From positions 62,001 through 126,000 of the forward strand of contig JBODTK010000122.1 in the NCBI GenBank assembly GCA_050613775.1: DNA of 64,000 nucleotides. The letters are read 5' to 3'. The notes below the pieces were generated by a model, which was not told where the DNA came from, made no database searches, and saw only the letters and a program-made list of their open reading frames with translations. This document shows, piece after piece, positions 32,270 through 46,290 of this stretch. A program made the position numbers and the translations under genes. Within the stretch, counting starts at the first letter, position 1; each line of letters opens with the position of its first letter. Source of the stretch: Neocallimastix sp. 'constans' (Eukaryota).

Positions 32270-33683
32270 GAAATTTTTATTTAATTTATTTTCTATCATT
32301 TTAATAATTGTTTAGATTATTAATAGATTTATTTAAATTATTAAAAATTCAATGATATCTAGACTTCAATTTTCATAATTTATTCTATATGAAAATATAA
32401 TACATTTACGTCTTTATTATATTCTTATTTTCATTATTATTAATATAATTATTAAGATTTTTACAATTTTTATTATAATTTTTATTCTATAATTTTTATT
32501 ATTATTTTTATCATAAATTATTATTATTATTTATTATTATTAATTATTATTATTATAATTATTGAAATTTTTATTTAATTTATTTTTATCATTTTTGATT
32601 TATTATTTTCAATATTATTAATCTAATTATTACGATTTTTATAATTTTTTAGTTTTATTTTTATCATAATTTTTGATTTTGCTATTATTATAATTATTAT
32701 TATTAAATTTATTATTATAGCTTTTTTATTATTATTGTTAAACTTAGATATATTCATGGTTCCATTCGTTCTTCCGTCGTAATAATACTAGTTAATTGAC
32801 CTTGTTATCTACAGATGTGGCAATATTTGATAGGATTTCTTTTTTCTTTGGAAATTGTTTTGTTTGTGGCTTATTTCTGTGTACCTTATATTAAATACTA
32901 AATATAATTTGTGATAATTACTATAATTAATTATTATATTGTGGCTTGTTTATTCATTCATACCTATGATAAATATATTTCTAGATTTGATAAAATTCAT
33001 AATAATTTATATCTGCTTTAGCAAGAAAGCAATATGTAATTCTTTTGATAATCCTATAAGCATATGCTGGACCTTGTCGTTTTCACTTATATCATAATTA
33101 GTATTTTTTGGTATGTTAAAAAATGTTCAACACATCAGATAAATATTTTAAAACTTCCATATTGTTACATGGCTTCATAGTTTACAATTACTCGATTAAT
33201 TTTTCAATAGTTTGTTCATCTGTTTCTTAGTTAATCTCTACCAATTTCTTGATCATATTATGAGCAGATTCCAAATCTTTGATATCTTTATAAACTGATT
33301 CATCGACAGACTTAATAATAATAGCCCCAACCTTTGAATTATTTTTTATCAATTTCTGCAAAGTTTTCATCATTTTTATTGGCATCATTAGAAACATTAA
33401 AAAAGACGTAGTTAGAGAAGTCTTTAGCTTTCAAAATGTTAGCATGTTAACTTTTTCCACATTTTGAGATTGGGACCCTTGTAAACGAAACATTCAGTAT
33501 TGTCAGTCATTTTCAAATGAGATTCTTAATCAATAAAATATTATTTATTAATTAATATAATTTTATAATTTATAGAATATAAATAAATGATTAACAAAGA
33601 TTTAAGTACAGATAAAATTACATGTTTTTTTTATATTTAATTGTTATATATATATATTAATTTATATATAATTTTTATTTATA

Positions 33684-33930
33684 ATATTTATTATTTAATA
33701 TTTATTAATTTTTATTTACAATATTTATTATTTAATATTTATTAATTTTTATTTACAATATTTATTATTTAATATTTATTAATTTTTATTTACAATATTT
33801 ATTATTTAATATTTATTAATTTTTATTTACAATATTTATTATTTAATATTTATTAATTTTTATTTACAATATTTATTATTTAATATTTATTAATTTTTAT
33901 TTACAATATTTATTATTTAATATTTATTAA
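33684..33930. repeat. 37-bp minisatellite x ~6.5
   Basis: Unit atatttattatttaatatttattaatttttatttaca. Confidence 0.9.
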
Positions 33931-34378
33931 CTTAATGAAACAAACAAAAATATAATTACATAAAAATATATAGTGATGATAATTATATATTATTTTATTT
34001 AGTATTTATTATTTATTATTATTATGTATCATTCATTATTCATTATATATATTTATTAACTAAATAAAATATATTAATGATTATTAATATATAATGATCA
34101 TTATATTTATTTATTACAGAAAAAGTAATAAATATAATGAAAATTTATAAATAATCTTGGATAAAATTATATATTTAAGAATTATTTCCAATGGTGTTAT
34201 ATGATTTATGTAAAAAATTAGATACAGAAAAAGTAGTAAATATAATAATTTATAAGTAATATTGTATAAGATTATATAATTAATAATTATTTTTAATGAT
34301 ATTTAACTATATATTTAAAAAAATAGGTACATTAAAAAACGATATTGAAACAAATTAATTATAATTGTAGCAGTTCAA

Positions 34379-34555
<177 letters not shown>

Positions 34556-35063
34556 CATATTCAATATTTAAATAACACATTATTAATAAATATAATAAAG
34601 CTACTCTTTTTCTTTTTTTTAAAAAAAATATAATAATAATATTTTATGAATTTTAATTTTTTATTAATAATATTAATAATTATTAATAATTATTAATAAT
34701 TATTGATACAATTGGTATAATTAAGAATATAAGAATATAAATTAACGATTTTTATAATTATTGATACAATTTGATATAATTAAGAATATAAGAATATAAA
34801 TTAACTGTTTTTATTTCAATATTTTCAACACAATAGGATATAATATATGTATATAAATTAACTATTATTATTTCAAATTTTTATCTTTTTTTTTTTTTTT
34901 TATCTGATCTATTTAATAAAGCAAATCAGAAAAAAAAATAAAAATAAAAAGATAGTTAAATAATAATTATTATTGATATTTTTAATAATTATTATAATAT
35001 GTATATAAAATATATTTCATTTTTTTTATTTATTTGTTTGTTTATTTTTTGATGTAAATAAGT

Positions 35064-37493
35064 TTACATCTTTTCATGGAAGGTACGAGCAATAACTTCC
35101 TTCTGTTGGGCTGGAGTTAATTTAACAAAGTTGACAGCGTAACCAGAAACACGAATGGTTAAGTTTGGATAGTTTTCTGGGTGAGCCATTGCATCTTCTA
35201 AGGTTTCACGCTTAAGAACATTAACATTAAGATGATGGGCTCCTTTAGTGAAGTAACCATCTAATAAGCCAGAAAGATTACCTTGACGTTCTTTTAATGA
35301 TTTACCAATGGTATTTGGAACAATTGAAAAAGTATTAGAGATACCATCCATGCATGAATCATATCTAACCTTAGCAACAGAAGAAAGTGAAGCAACAGCA
35401 CCAGAGAATTCACGGCCATGCATTGGATTACAACCTGGAGCAAATGGTTGACCTGCCTTACGACCATCTGGAGTAGATCCTGTCTTCTTACCATATACAA
35501 CGTTAGAAGTAATGGTAAGAATAGAAAGAGTATGCATAGCACCACGATAGGTTGGGGTCTTTCTTAATTTAGTTATAAGTTTGTCAGTAACAGTACGAGC
35601 GAAGAAATCGACACGATCATCATCATTACCGAATTTTGGGAATTCACCTTCAACCTTAAAGTCAACGGTTAAGCCAGTCTTTGGATCACGAATTGGAGTA
35701 ACCTTAGCATATTTAATAGCTGAGAATGAATCAGCAACAACAGAAAGACCAGCAACACCAAAGGCCATAAGACGACGAACATCAGTATCATGGAGAGCCA
35801 TTTGAAGGGATTCATAGCAGTATTGGTCATGACAGAAGTGGATGACATTCATAGTATTAACATAGAGCTTGGCAATCCAATCCATAGCCTTATCGTAGGT
35901 TTCCCACATCCAATCAAATGGAATTGGTCCCTCTGGAACTGGACCGAAGTCTGGACCAACTTGTTTACCAGTTCTTTCATCCTTACCATGATTGAGAACG
36001 TAAAGCATAAGCTTGGCAAGGTTACAACGAGCACCAAAGAATTGCATATCCTTACCAATTCTCATAGCAGAAACACAGCAGGCAATACCATAATCATCAC
36101 CAAATCTAGCAGACATAAGAGCATCCGATTCATATTGAATGGAAGAGGTATCAATAGAAACTTTAGTGGCGAAATCTTTGAAGTTCTTTGGAAGAGCCTT
36201 ATTCCAGAGAACTGTAATATTTGGTTCTGGAGCTGGACCTAAGTTGTAGAGAGTATTAAGAACACGGTAGGAAGTCTTAGTTACTAAGGTACGACCATCA
36301 CTACCCATACCACCAAGAGACATGGTAACCCAAGTTGGATCACCAGCGAATAAGTCGTTGTATTCTGGAGTACGTAAGTGACGAGCGAAACGTAACTTTA
36401 AGATAAGGTTATCAATAATTTCTTGTGCTTCAGATTCAGTGATAACACCATTCTTTAAATCATTTTCAAAGAAGCAATCAAGGAAGGCATCTACACGACC
36501 AAGAGACATAGCAGCACCATCTTGTTCCTTAATAGAACCTAAGTAACCAAAGTAAACGAATTGAGTAGCTTCTCTAGCATTCTTAGCTGGCTTTGAAATA
36601 TCAATACCATAGGTCTTGGCCATTTGAGTAAGTTGCTTAAGTGCTTTGATTTGATCAGCAACTTCACCAATTAATTTCATGGTTGGTTCATCCATTTGAC
36701 CTTTTTGTAATTCAACCTTATCTTTCTCCTTTTGAGCAATAAGACGGTCAGTACCGTAAAGTGCAACACGACGATAATCACCAATGATACGACCACGGCC
36801 GTAACCATCTGGTAAACCAGTCATAATGGCGTTGGAACGACCAGCTCTCATTTCCTTGGAGTAAATATCAAAGACAGCAGTGTTGTGAGTCTTACGGTAG
36901 TCAGTGAAAATGTGTTCAACTTCCTTATCCATTGGAACATTTACAGCCTTGAGAGCATTTTTAACCATATTAACACCACCAAATGGCTTAATAGCTCTCT
37001 TAAGTGGAACATCAGTTTGGTAACCATAGATAACTTCGTTTTCTTTATCAAGGTAACCTGGCTTGTGAGAAGTAATAGTAGATGGAGTATGTGGGTCAAC
37101 ATCATATAAACCACCATTAGCACGTTCCTTAGCTAAGTATTCTTCGGCCTTAGCAAAAAGTTTCTTGGTCTTTTCGGTTGGACCAGCAAGGAAAGATGCA
37201 TCACCTTCATAAGGAGTATAATGCTTCTTAATCCAACCTTCAACATCAATATTACTTTTAGCAGCGGCATCATTAGTAATACATGGAGCTTGAGTAGAGT
37301 AATTCTTAGCTTGAACGGATTGTAAGGATGATTTCTTTGAAGACTTAGTACTAAGGCCAATAGTAGTCTTTATTGGAGAGGTATGAAGAGAACGAGCGAC
37401 TCTAGAACCTGATACCTTAGAAACTGCAACAGCAGAAACTGAAACAGACTTAACAACAGCGTTGTTTACTTGAGTTAATGTTAAACTTTCCAT
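35064..37493 (-). CDS. pfl: Pyruvate formate-lyase (formate C-acetyltransferase), 809 aa, with N-terminal targeting extension
   Basis: Intronless ORF with the catalytic Cys pair in IACCVS, glycyl-radical motif [10 protein letters not shown], and [22 protein letters not shown]. Confidence 0.98.
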   Translation of the reverse strand: MESLTLTQVNNAVVKSVSVSAVAVSKVSGSRVARSLHTSPIKTTIGLSTKSSKKSSLQSVQAKNYSTQAPCITNDAAAKSNIDVEGWIKKHYTPYEGDASFLAGPTEKTKKLFAKAEEYLAKERANGGLYDVDPHTPSTITSHKPGYLDKENEVIYGYQTDVPLKRAIKPFGGVNMVKNALKAVNVPMDKEVEHIFTDYRKTHNTAVFDIYSKEMRAGRSNAIMTGLPDGYGRGRIIGDYRRVALYGTDRLIAQKEKDKVELQKGQMDEPTMKLIGEVADQIKALKQLTQMAKTYGIDISKPAKNAREATQFVYFGYLGSIKEQDGAAMSLGRVDAFLDCFFENDLKNGVITESEAQEIIDNLILKLRFARHLRTPEYNDLFAGDPTWVTMSLGGMGSDGRTLVTKTSYRVLNTLYNLGPAPEPNITVLWNKALPKNFKDFATKVSIDTSSIQYESDALMSARFGDDYGIACCVSAMRIGKDMQFFGARCNLAKLMLYVLNHGKDERTGKQVGPDFGPVPEGPIPFDWMWETYDKAMDWIAKLYVNTMNVIHFCHDQYCYESLQMALHDTDVRRLMAFGVAGLSVVADSFSAIKYAKVTPIRDPKTGLTVDFKVEGEFPKFGNDDDRVDFFARTVTDKLITKLRKTPTYRGAMHTLSILTITSNVVYGKKTGSTPDGRKAGQPFAPGCNPMHGREFSGAVASLSSVAKVRYDSCMDGISNTFSIVPNTIGKSLKERQGNLSGLLDGYFTKGAHHLNVNVLKRETLEDAMAHPENYPNLTIRVSGYAVNFVKLTPAQQKEVIARTFHEKM

Positions 37494-37697
37494 TTTTTAT
37501 TTTTTTTTTTTTTTTTACTTTTTTTTTATTGAAAATTATAAATTTGTATTATATATTATTTAAATACTTATAGAATCTTTCTTTTATTAGGTATAAAGAA
37601 TTACTTTTAATTCTTAATATTTTAAATCAAATTATAATATAACGAATAATGACAAAAAAAATTTTTTTAAAGAAAATTTGTTCAATTTATATATGCA

Positions 37698-37728
<31 letters not shown>

Positions 37729-39761
37729 TTAATTATATAAATATACATTTAGGAATTCTTCACTAAATTTTTTTATTATATAAATTTATATTAATATATT
37801 AACAAAAATTTTTTTTAAAATTAGCCGTTGAAATTTTTTTTTTTTTTTTTTTTTTTTATTTTTCGTGAAAAAAACCTTTAATTAAAATATTATATACAAA
37901 CTTTATTTTATAATAAATCAAAAAATTTTTATTGCTTATTATTATTATATAATAATTTTAATAAAAAAAAATTGAAATATAAATATAGTAAATGAATATG
38001 TGGATAAAACAGGAATTATATTAATTATCCTTAAATAAAATTTTATTACATAACAAAATTACATATAATTTAATGAATATTTATAATATTTTATTAATAT
38101 TTTAAATTGGCATAATATTAATTTAATAATTATAAATAATAAATAAATAATAAATAATATATAATATATAATAAATAATAAATAAAAATATTATTAATAT
38201 TTTAATATAATTAATAGTAGTTCAGTCTATTTATTATAACTTTTTGTTAAATTTTAATTTACAATACACTAAATTAATATAATATTAAATAAAAATGAAA
38301 AATATATTTTTTTATTTTTTATATCTGAATATAATTTAAGTTTATCTTGTTATCTTAAATAGAAAATCTTTATTTTAATTATGTAAATGTAAATATTAAT
38401 TTTTAAAAAAGGACACATAATTATTTATATTAAATTATAAATTTATAAGAACCACTTTATATATTTAGAAATTTTTATATTATACATTTTAATATGCTTT
38501 ACTATATAATATTCTATCTAACTATTTATATTTATTGTATTATTTTTCATATTCGAAAAAAGTATTAATAATTTTTAAATATATTAATCATTATAAGTTT
38601 AAATTAACATAAATATATATAAATATCATACAAAAAAAAAAATTAAAATAAAAAATAATGAAGAAAAATTAATTCAATTTATAAATAACAAATAACATTA
38701 ATTAAAATAACTGTTATATTATTATATAAATTATAATATTTTTCTAATAATAATATATTAATTGTTATAAATTTGCTTTAATAGTCTAAGACTTTTGTAT
38801 TAAATGTAATAATATTTTAATAGTGATATTTTAATTGTGATGCTATAATTATATTTTTGTATATTTAATCAAAAAAATAAATACTATTTTAATAAAATTA
38901 CTGTATTTAATTAAATGAAATTATATTAATTATTTTATATAAATTTTTAAGACCAATTTTTTTTTTTTTTAAAATTATGTAATTTCTTAAAAATATCTAT
39001 TTAATATTTAATATACGAGATTTATAAAATATTTAATAAGGAATTTAGAAATGCTCTAACCCTTATTTTTAAAATGTAAATGGAAATTTTTCCTAATGAT
39101 TTTTCATAATTTCTTATAAATTTAATATTAAAAACATCCATTAATAAAAAAAATATATTTTAATTGGTTAAAATTAAAATATAGTCATATAGACTAGCAA
39201 TAAAATTATTAAGATTTTTACATATTCATATATTAATATGTTAATATTTAAGAATATTTAAAAAAGTTTTAATATATTCAATCTTTTTTTTTATTATAAT
39301 ATTTAAAAATTACTAAAAAAAAATACTAATGTTGACTTGAGCATATTAATATTGATAAAAAAATTTTATTTCATTATATTCTAACCCTTAATTCAACATT
39401 AAATGGAAATGGAATTTTTTCCTAAAAATTTTTCATTATATTAACATAATCCTTTGAAATATTTGGAATAATATAAATTTTTTCTAAATAATAAAACTAA
39501 TAAAAAAAAATATTTCATATAAATTTGAATATATTAATATATATAGAAAAAATAATTACGTTAATTATATATTAATTATATAAACTTATATATATATATA
39601 ATCATATTAGTGATTAAAATAGTATTTGATATTTTCAATATTTTTTATTTATATTTAATCTAAGTATATTTATAAGTGTTTTTATTTGTTTATAAATCAT
39701 AAAAATTATATGTTCATTTTATTATTTTATATATTATTAATTAAATATGTATATAAGATTA

Positions 39762-41945
39762 GGGAGATTGCATTACGCCAATTTTCACGTGATATATCTA
39801 AATATGTGGCTATAGCTATATTATGCTACATAATATTATTTTATTGTATTATTTTGTTATTTCAATTTTTAAATTAATTATTAAGTGAATAATTAAATAA
39901 ATCATATAATGGTTAGATTTTATGATTTTAATTCTTTTATTTAAATGCTATTAATAAAAAAATTATATAAAAATATAAATGTTATTAAAAATATAAATAT
40001 TATTAATAATTCTTTTATTTAAATGTTATTAAAAAAAAATAATTATAATGATAAAATATTAATTATAGAGATGTAATTCTGCAATTATAATATTATTGTT
40101 ACATGTATTAGCATTTTTTTTTTTTTAATTTTTCAAATAATATTTTATATGTTTCTTGTTCTTTATTTTTTAATATTGCAAAAGAAGTAGTGTAAAAACT
40201 ATTTAATTCTTTAGCGTAAGTTCTTGTAATAAATATTTGATAACTAAATTTAGGGGCAATAAAAAATGTACCATCAACAAATATATCATCATTATATTCC
40301 CTTTACTTGAAAAGGGGATTGAAAAATTATTAAATTAGAATTTTTTTGAATATCATAATATTTTCACCTCTCTTTGTTTTATAATATTTAGATTCATTAG
40401 GAATTTCAGCAAATGTTGTTACATTGGATATTATTTAAATTTCTTGATATTTTGGATTTAATTGAATTATATTCTGGATATATAAATTTCATTTCTTTAG
40501 AAATTTTATTATATAGAGGTTTTATTTTTATACCAAAAGGAATTGAACTTTTTTCAATTCCATCTTTAATTTTATGTTTCATTATAGATAGAGATACATC
40601 GTATTCTTTTTCAGGATGATTATGTAAACTATCATATTTTAATATTTCTTTCTTATCATTTAAAAAAATAAAAGATTTACATTTATTTCGGTACATTTAT
40701 AAACTTCGGAATTATCTTTTCTTATATATGAAAAATTAAATTTATATTTTTTATTAATAATAATTTATTTTTTTTCTTTGTTAGACTCACATCAATAATT
40801 AGATTTTCTTCCATTTCTATATTTTTATAAATATTTTTTAATTATATAATTAGAATTATTATATTAATTATCCAATATCATTCTTAATACTAATTTTGAG
40901 AAATTAGTTTTTCAATTATTTGTAAAAAAAAAAAAAAATAAATAAATAAATAAAGAATGCAATAATATAAGTATACAAAATAAAATAAAATAAATATTGA
41001 ATGTAATAATATAAAAGAACAAGTATATAAAATAAAATAAATTTTTATTATTATTTTTTAAAGAATATTAAAGACATTTTATTTTTAAAAATAAAATGTT
41101 TTATTTAATTATATATGTTAGAAAGCAAAAAAATCATTTATATTTAATGAGATTATTAACAATCATTAATATTGTTTTTTTATATTAAATTATATCATTA
41201 ATTGTATTTAATTAAAATGTAAAAAATTTTCATTTCTAAAACATTGATCTATAATATTCTTTAATAAAAAATAATATTAGATATTTATTTTATTTTATTT
41301 TATTTTATTTTATTTTATTTTATTTCATTTTATTTTATTCAATCTGTACTTTATATTTATATTTCAACTATTTATTTTATTTTATTTTATTTTATTTTAT
41401 TTTATTTTATTTTATTTTATTTTATTTTATTTTATTTTATTTTATTTTATTTTATTTTATTTTATTTTATTTTATTTTATTTTATTTTATTTTATTTTAT
41501 TTTATTTTATTCAATCTGTACTTTATATTTATATTTTAGCTATTTATTTTATTTTATTTTATTTTATTTTATTTTATTTTATTTTATTTTATTTTATTTT
41601 ATTTTATTTTATTTTATTTTATTTTATTTTATTTTATTTTATTTTATTTTATTTTATTTTATTTTATTTTATTTTATTTTATTTTATTTTATTTTATTTT
41701 ATTTTATTTTATTCAATCTGTACTTTATATTCATATTCTACTATTTATTTTATTTTATTTTATATACTTAATATTATTACATTCTTTATTTATTTATTTA
41801 TTTGTTTATTTATTTATACATTTATTTTTTTTTACATATAATTGTATTAAAATTTTTTATGGCGTTAACAAAAATTTTAAAAGCCATTAAAAATAAATGG
41901 CGTATTGAAAATTTGTATTATAAAAATTGGTGAAATGCATTCATA
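39762..41945 (-). mobile_element. Degenerate Mutator-like (MULE) DNA transposon
   Basis: Broken transposase at ~40060-40815: YRNKCKS..HNHPE N-terminal Zn-finger-like part, then IFVDGTFFIAPKFSYQIF..FAILKNKEQETY. Inverted 20-mers at 39766-39785 and 41923-41942 match 17/20. Confidence 0.75.
41285..41765 (+). repeat. TTCAATCTGTACTTTATATT motif x3 separated by long (TTTTA)n
   Basis: Motif at ~41338, ~41510 and ~41712, inside the MULE. Confidence 0.9.
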
Positions 41946-41982
41946 AAATTTAATAGTTAATATTTATTAATTTGAAATTTGA

Positions 41983-42298
41983 TAGTATTATAAATTTTTT
42001 CAGTATTATATGTTTTATTTTTATTATTATTATTTGATAATATATATAAAAAAAGAGAATATCTAATATTAATATATATATATATATATCATAATAAAAT
42101 ATTAAATATTTATCAAAATATGTGTAGACTGTTCCTTAATAGTATTAATAGTATTATAAATTTTTTTAGTATTATATATTTTATTTTTATTATCATTATT
42201 TGATAATATATATAAAAAGGAGAATATCTAATATTAATATATATATATCATAATAAAATATTAAATATTTATCAAAATATGTGTAGACTGTTCCTTAA
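41983..42298. repeat. Tandem duplication of ~160 bp ending tgtgtagactgttcctt
   Basis: Two near-identical copies. Confidence 0.85.
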
Positions 42299-42359
42299 AA
42301 GATAAATATAGATAAATATCAATTTTAATTTTAGACATTTTTACATCTATTATTTAATA

Positions 42360-42735
42360 ACAAAGTCTTTTTTTCCTGTTTTTTTCCTGGTTGATAGTAA
42401 TCCGGACAAACACATAAGATTTCTGGATCGACCCTGTGAATATCTTCTGAATTTATATGGAACGTTTTTATCATCCCAGGGTGTTTTTACTTATAGATAA
42501 TGTTAGTGTTCGCTCACCATATGGTAAGTATTCCTGTTGCTAGACGATATAATTGGTAGTATAGAGAGCATTTGATATGTAAGACGATTAGTGAAGCTGT
42601 TTCTCCCTCATTGATGGTTCAAGAGATTCCTGAAAAGAAGTCCGTTATATAAAGTAGTGTATAAGTAATGTCTTTCATTTTAGCCTTGCTTAGAGAGAGG
42701 TTGGTGTCAACGCCGAAACGTTATGTCTATTCTAA
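42360..42735. other. Unclassified GC-enriched segment, possibly a retroelement terminal repeat
   Basis: Higher GC than flanks, no ORF, TATA-like tatataaag, ends ...ggttggtgtcaacgccgaaacgtta. Confidence 0.3.
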
Positions 42736-42966
42736 AAAAAGTATTTTTATATAACAAAAAAAATAATAAAAATTGTGCAAATCATGTGAATAGTTCAAAT
42801 TTTAATTTTTTCATATTGTACATAGATAATTATTAATAATTTTTCATTGATAAGTAAAGGAGCATTATATATATATGATTCTTTTTTATTAAGATAATAT
42901 TGAAGTAATAAGTTCAAAAATCGAAAAAAAGTATAAATTAAAAAAACAATTAAAAATATTATTTAA

Positions 42967-43021
<55 letters not shown>

Positions 43022-43454
43022 ATGGATAGATAAAAATAAATATAATATTGATATTGATTATTTTACTGTACTGAAACTTTTTATATTTATTGAATGCCAT
43101 AATTTTATTGTCTTGTTTCTTAATATACAAATTTATATATATATATATTTGTAAATAATATGTAATTAAGGGAGGGTTTATTTATGCAAATTCACTAAAA
43201 TTTTAATTTTTTTTTAAAAAAAAAAAAAAATTAATATAAATATCTCTATCTTTAAAATTTTCAAAATAATTATTTTATTATTACTTTTATTTTTATAATT
43301 TTTATATCTTTAACATTATTTTTATTGATACATTAAAACAAATTTTCAATTAAATATTTTTATTTTTAAATTTTCATTAATATTTTTTTTTTTTTTTTTT
43401 GCTATAAAACAAAAATTTCTTATTAAAATGAATAATAATATGTATATATATATA

Positions 43455-43630
43455 TATATATAAATAACATTAAATATTTTTATTAACTTTTATGTCTCTA
43501 TTATTAATTTCATGAATACTATACAATTAAAAAACTTTATATATATATAAATAACATTAAATATTTTTATTAACTTTTATGTCTCTATTATTAATTTCAT
43601 GAATACTATACAATTAAAAAACTTTATAAT
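43455..43630. repeat. Tandem duplication of ~87 bp
   Basis: aaataacattaaatatt...catgaatactatacaattaaaaaactttat occurs twice. Confidence 0.85.
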
Positions 43631-43871
43631 AATATATAATAAAAGTTTATATAAAAAAATTTTTTTTCAACCTTCAACTTTTATTTAAATATTTATTTTT
43701 TAGGAATATTTTATTTTTAAAGAATTATATATTTAAAGATTTTATAAATCTTTTAATTTTATTTTTTTTTAAATTTTTTTATTATTTTATTTTATTTTAT
43801 TTTTTTTTTATTTTTAAGAATATTTAAAGAATTTTTTTTATATATTTAAGATATATAAGCATTTTTATTTT

Positions 43872-43921
<50 letters not shown>

Positions 43922-44951
43922 TATATATACTTTCTAAACATTTCGAGAATAGTTTATATGTATATTTAATGAAAATTTCAAAAATGTTTTATTTTTATAA
44001 ATAATATTTATTTTAAAATAATATTATATATATATATATATATTTTAAAGATATATAAAACATTTAATTTTTATTTTTTTATTAATATAAAGATTTTTTT
44101 TTAAAGAATATTTTTTATTTTTTTATGATATATTCACCTTTTTGAATTTTAAATATATATTATTTTTTTTTTTTAAATATTTTTTATTGATTTCAAGAAT
44201 ATTTTATTTTTTTTATTATTGTTTTTAAAATAACCTAAATTTGACATAATTTAATTATTAAAATTATTTAATTATTAAAATTTTTTAATTATTAATTATT
44301 TAATTATTATATTATTTATTAAAGTTTTAAAAAGCCACATTTTCTGTAATACTTACCAAGTTATTATTTATAAAAAAAAGGAATATAAAAAATTTGTATA
44401 TTATTTAAAATTTCCACATTTTTAATTTATATTATCCAATAAAATGTAAATTGATTCATATATTTACCCATTTAGAAAAACAAAGAATACTTTAAGTTAA
44501 AATTTACTAAAATAATATTGATCATGGATTGATATTTTATAATACTATTAATGAAATAGAATTCAAAGGTATTAACAATTAATGGTTTTTTAGAACTAAG
44601 AAATATTAAAAATGTTGCTCTTGAAGATATTATAATAAACTAATCGATAAATTTCAAATTTAATATTATTAACAAATATTGTAAATATTAATGATTGATT
44701 ATTTAAATCAAAACAAATTCATAATTATTATATAGATTTATGGAAATGTAAAAATCAATAATTTTTTCTTTATGGAAATCAATTTTATAATGGTAGAATT
44801 TTACATTAAATTAATGAAATTTTAAATAATAATGATATATAAAATTCTTATTTTGATAGTACATATCAGAATAATTGCCTTAAAATAATTCTCTTACATA
44901 AAAAATTTAATCTTCACTGTTAAAAAAATACAAATTAAAAGTCTTATTATC

Positions 44952-44992
<41 letters not shown>

Positions 44993-45520
44993 ATAAACAA
45001 ATAAATAAAAATAATATATGTATATATAATTAATTAAAGTAATTTATATATATATATATAATTAATAATTAATGTTTAATGTAGAAATAAAAGCACATAG
45101 AAATAACTGAATTCACATGATCAAATACTGATGGGTTATTATTCAAAAAAATTTAATGAAAAAATTTATGGATGTTCAATAACGATAGATTTAATTTAGT
45201 GCAATAATTTAATACGAAGTGCACAAATAGTAAAAAGTAAAAAAAAATAAAACTATTTTTTTTTGATTGGGTTTTTTAAATCAACATTTTTTTTTTTTTT
45301 ATTTTCTTAAATTACATTATATTTTGATAATAATAATAAAGATTAATTAAGTATTTTTGAAATTTACATAAATTATCTATTTCTTTATTATAATAATTAA
45401 TGTAATATTTAAATTTAATAAAGTTATTTTTATAACTATTTTCATAATCTAAATTTAAAATACAATTATCACATTTTAATTCATTAATTTTTTTTTCATA
45501 GTAATTTATTTTGACTATTA

Positions 45521-46290
45521 TTATTTTTTTTGTGATTCTTTTGGACTTGATACAACGCAAAGGCAAATATATAAAACGAAAAAGTGAATAAATAAACTTA
45601 AATTTCCTTTACTACCTTTGAGTGCCATATAAAATTCATTTTTAGGAAGTAAGGGAATCATACATGATAATATCAAAGAAAGCAAAACTACATTGAATAC
45701 AGCCATAAATATTTTTAATAAGGTACGTTCTATAATAACTAACCAAAAATAGTATATAAAAAATGGATACATGAATAGATAATAGGTGGGAACTACCCAT
45801 TGAAATTGTAAGAAAATGGCTTCAAAAACTGAAACGGCTTCCTGATAACCTTGATTCGCCATATAATGATAAGTATAAAAAATCATACAAGCAGCCATAT
45901 GTAAAGTTGACCAAGTCGTAAGATTAAGCACATTTAAATAATGAAAAATAATTTTATGTTTAGGATTAGTATATAAATTTCTAAAGAAAATAAACCGATA
46001 CCTAGTACGATGGCGGATATAAAAGATAAAACTATTGACATATTATAACGCCATGGTGCTATTTCTTCCAATCCTTTGAATAAATAGGAATATTTTTGAG
46101 TGACAGGTGTGGCATTTTCAAAAAATATAAGCCAATCCGCTGTCGTAAATGCTAATCCACCTAAAACACCAAAAAGAAGATAATTCTTATTTTTTTTATT
46201 ATAGTTATTATTTTTTTCCTTAATTTAAAGTGTAATATAATCCATTGAATAACCATTTATAAAAATAAAAAATATGCAGATGGTAGCAAC
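45521..46290 (-). pseudogene. Disrupted multi-pass membrane protein gene (3' exon)
   Basis: After an AG acceptor at 46291-46292 the frame reads VATICIFFIF..., has an in-frame TAA (~46225), continues LLFGVLGGLAFTTADWLIFF..APWRYNMSIVLS, then needs a 1-nt frameshift near 45970 to join the 45521-45931 ORF. Confidence 0.6.

Noticed and set aside
35294..37360. Short ORFs overlapping pfl
   Set aside because: Alternative or antisense frames produced by the codon bias of a real gene.
41330..41740. Conserved ~20-bp motif with variable spacers, CRISPR-like
   Set aside because: Spacers are pure (TTTTA)n, the genome is eukaryotic, and no cas genes are present.
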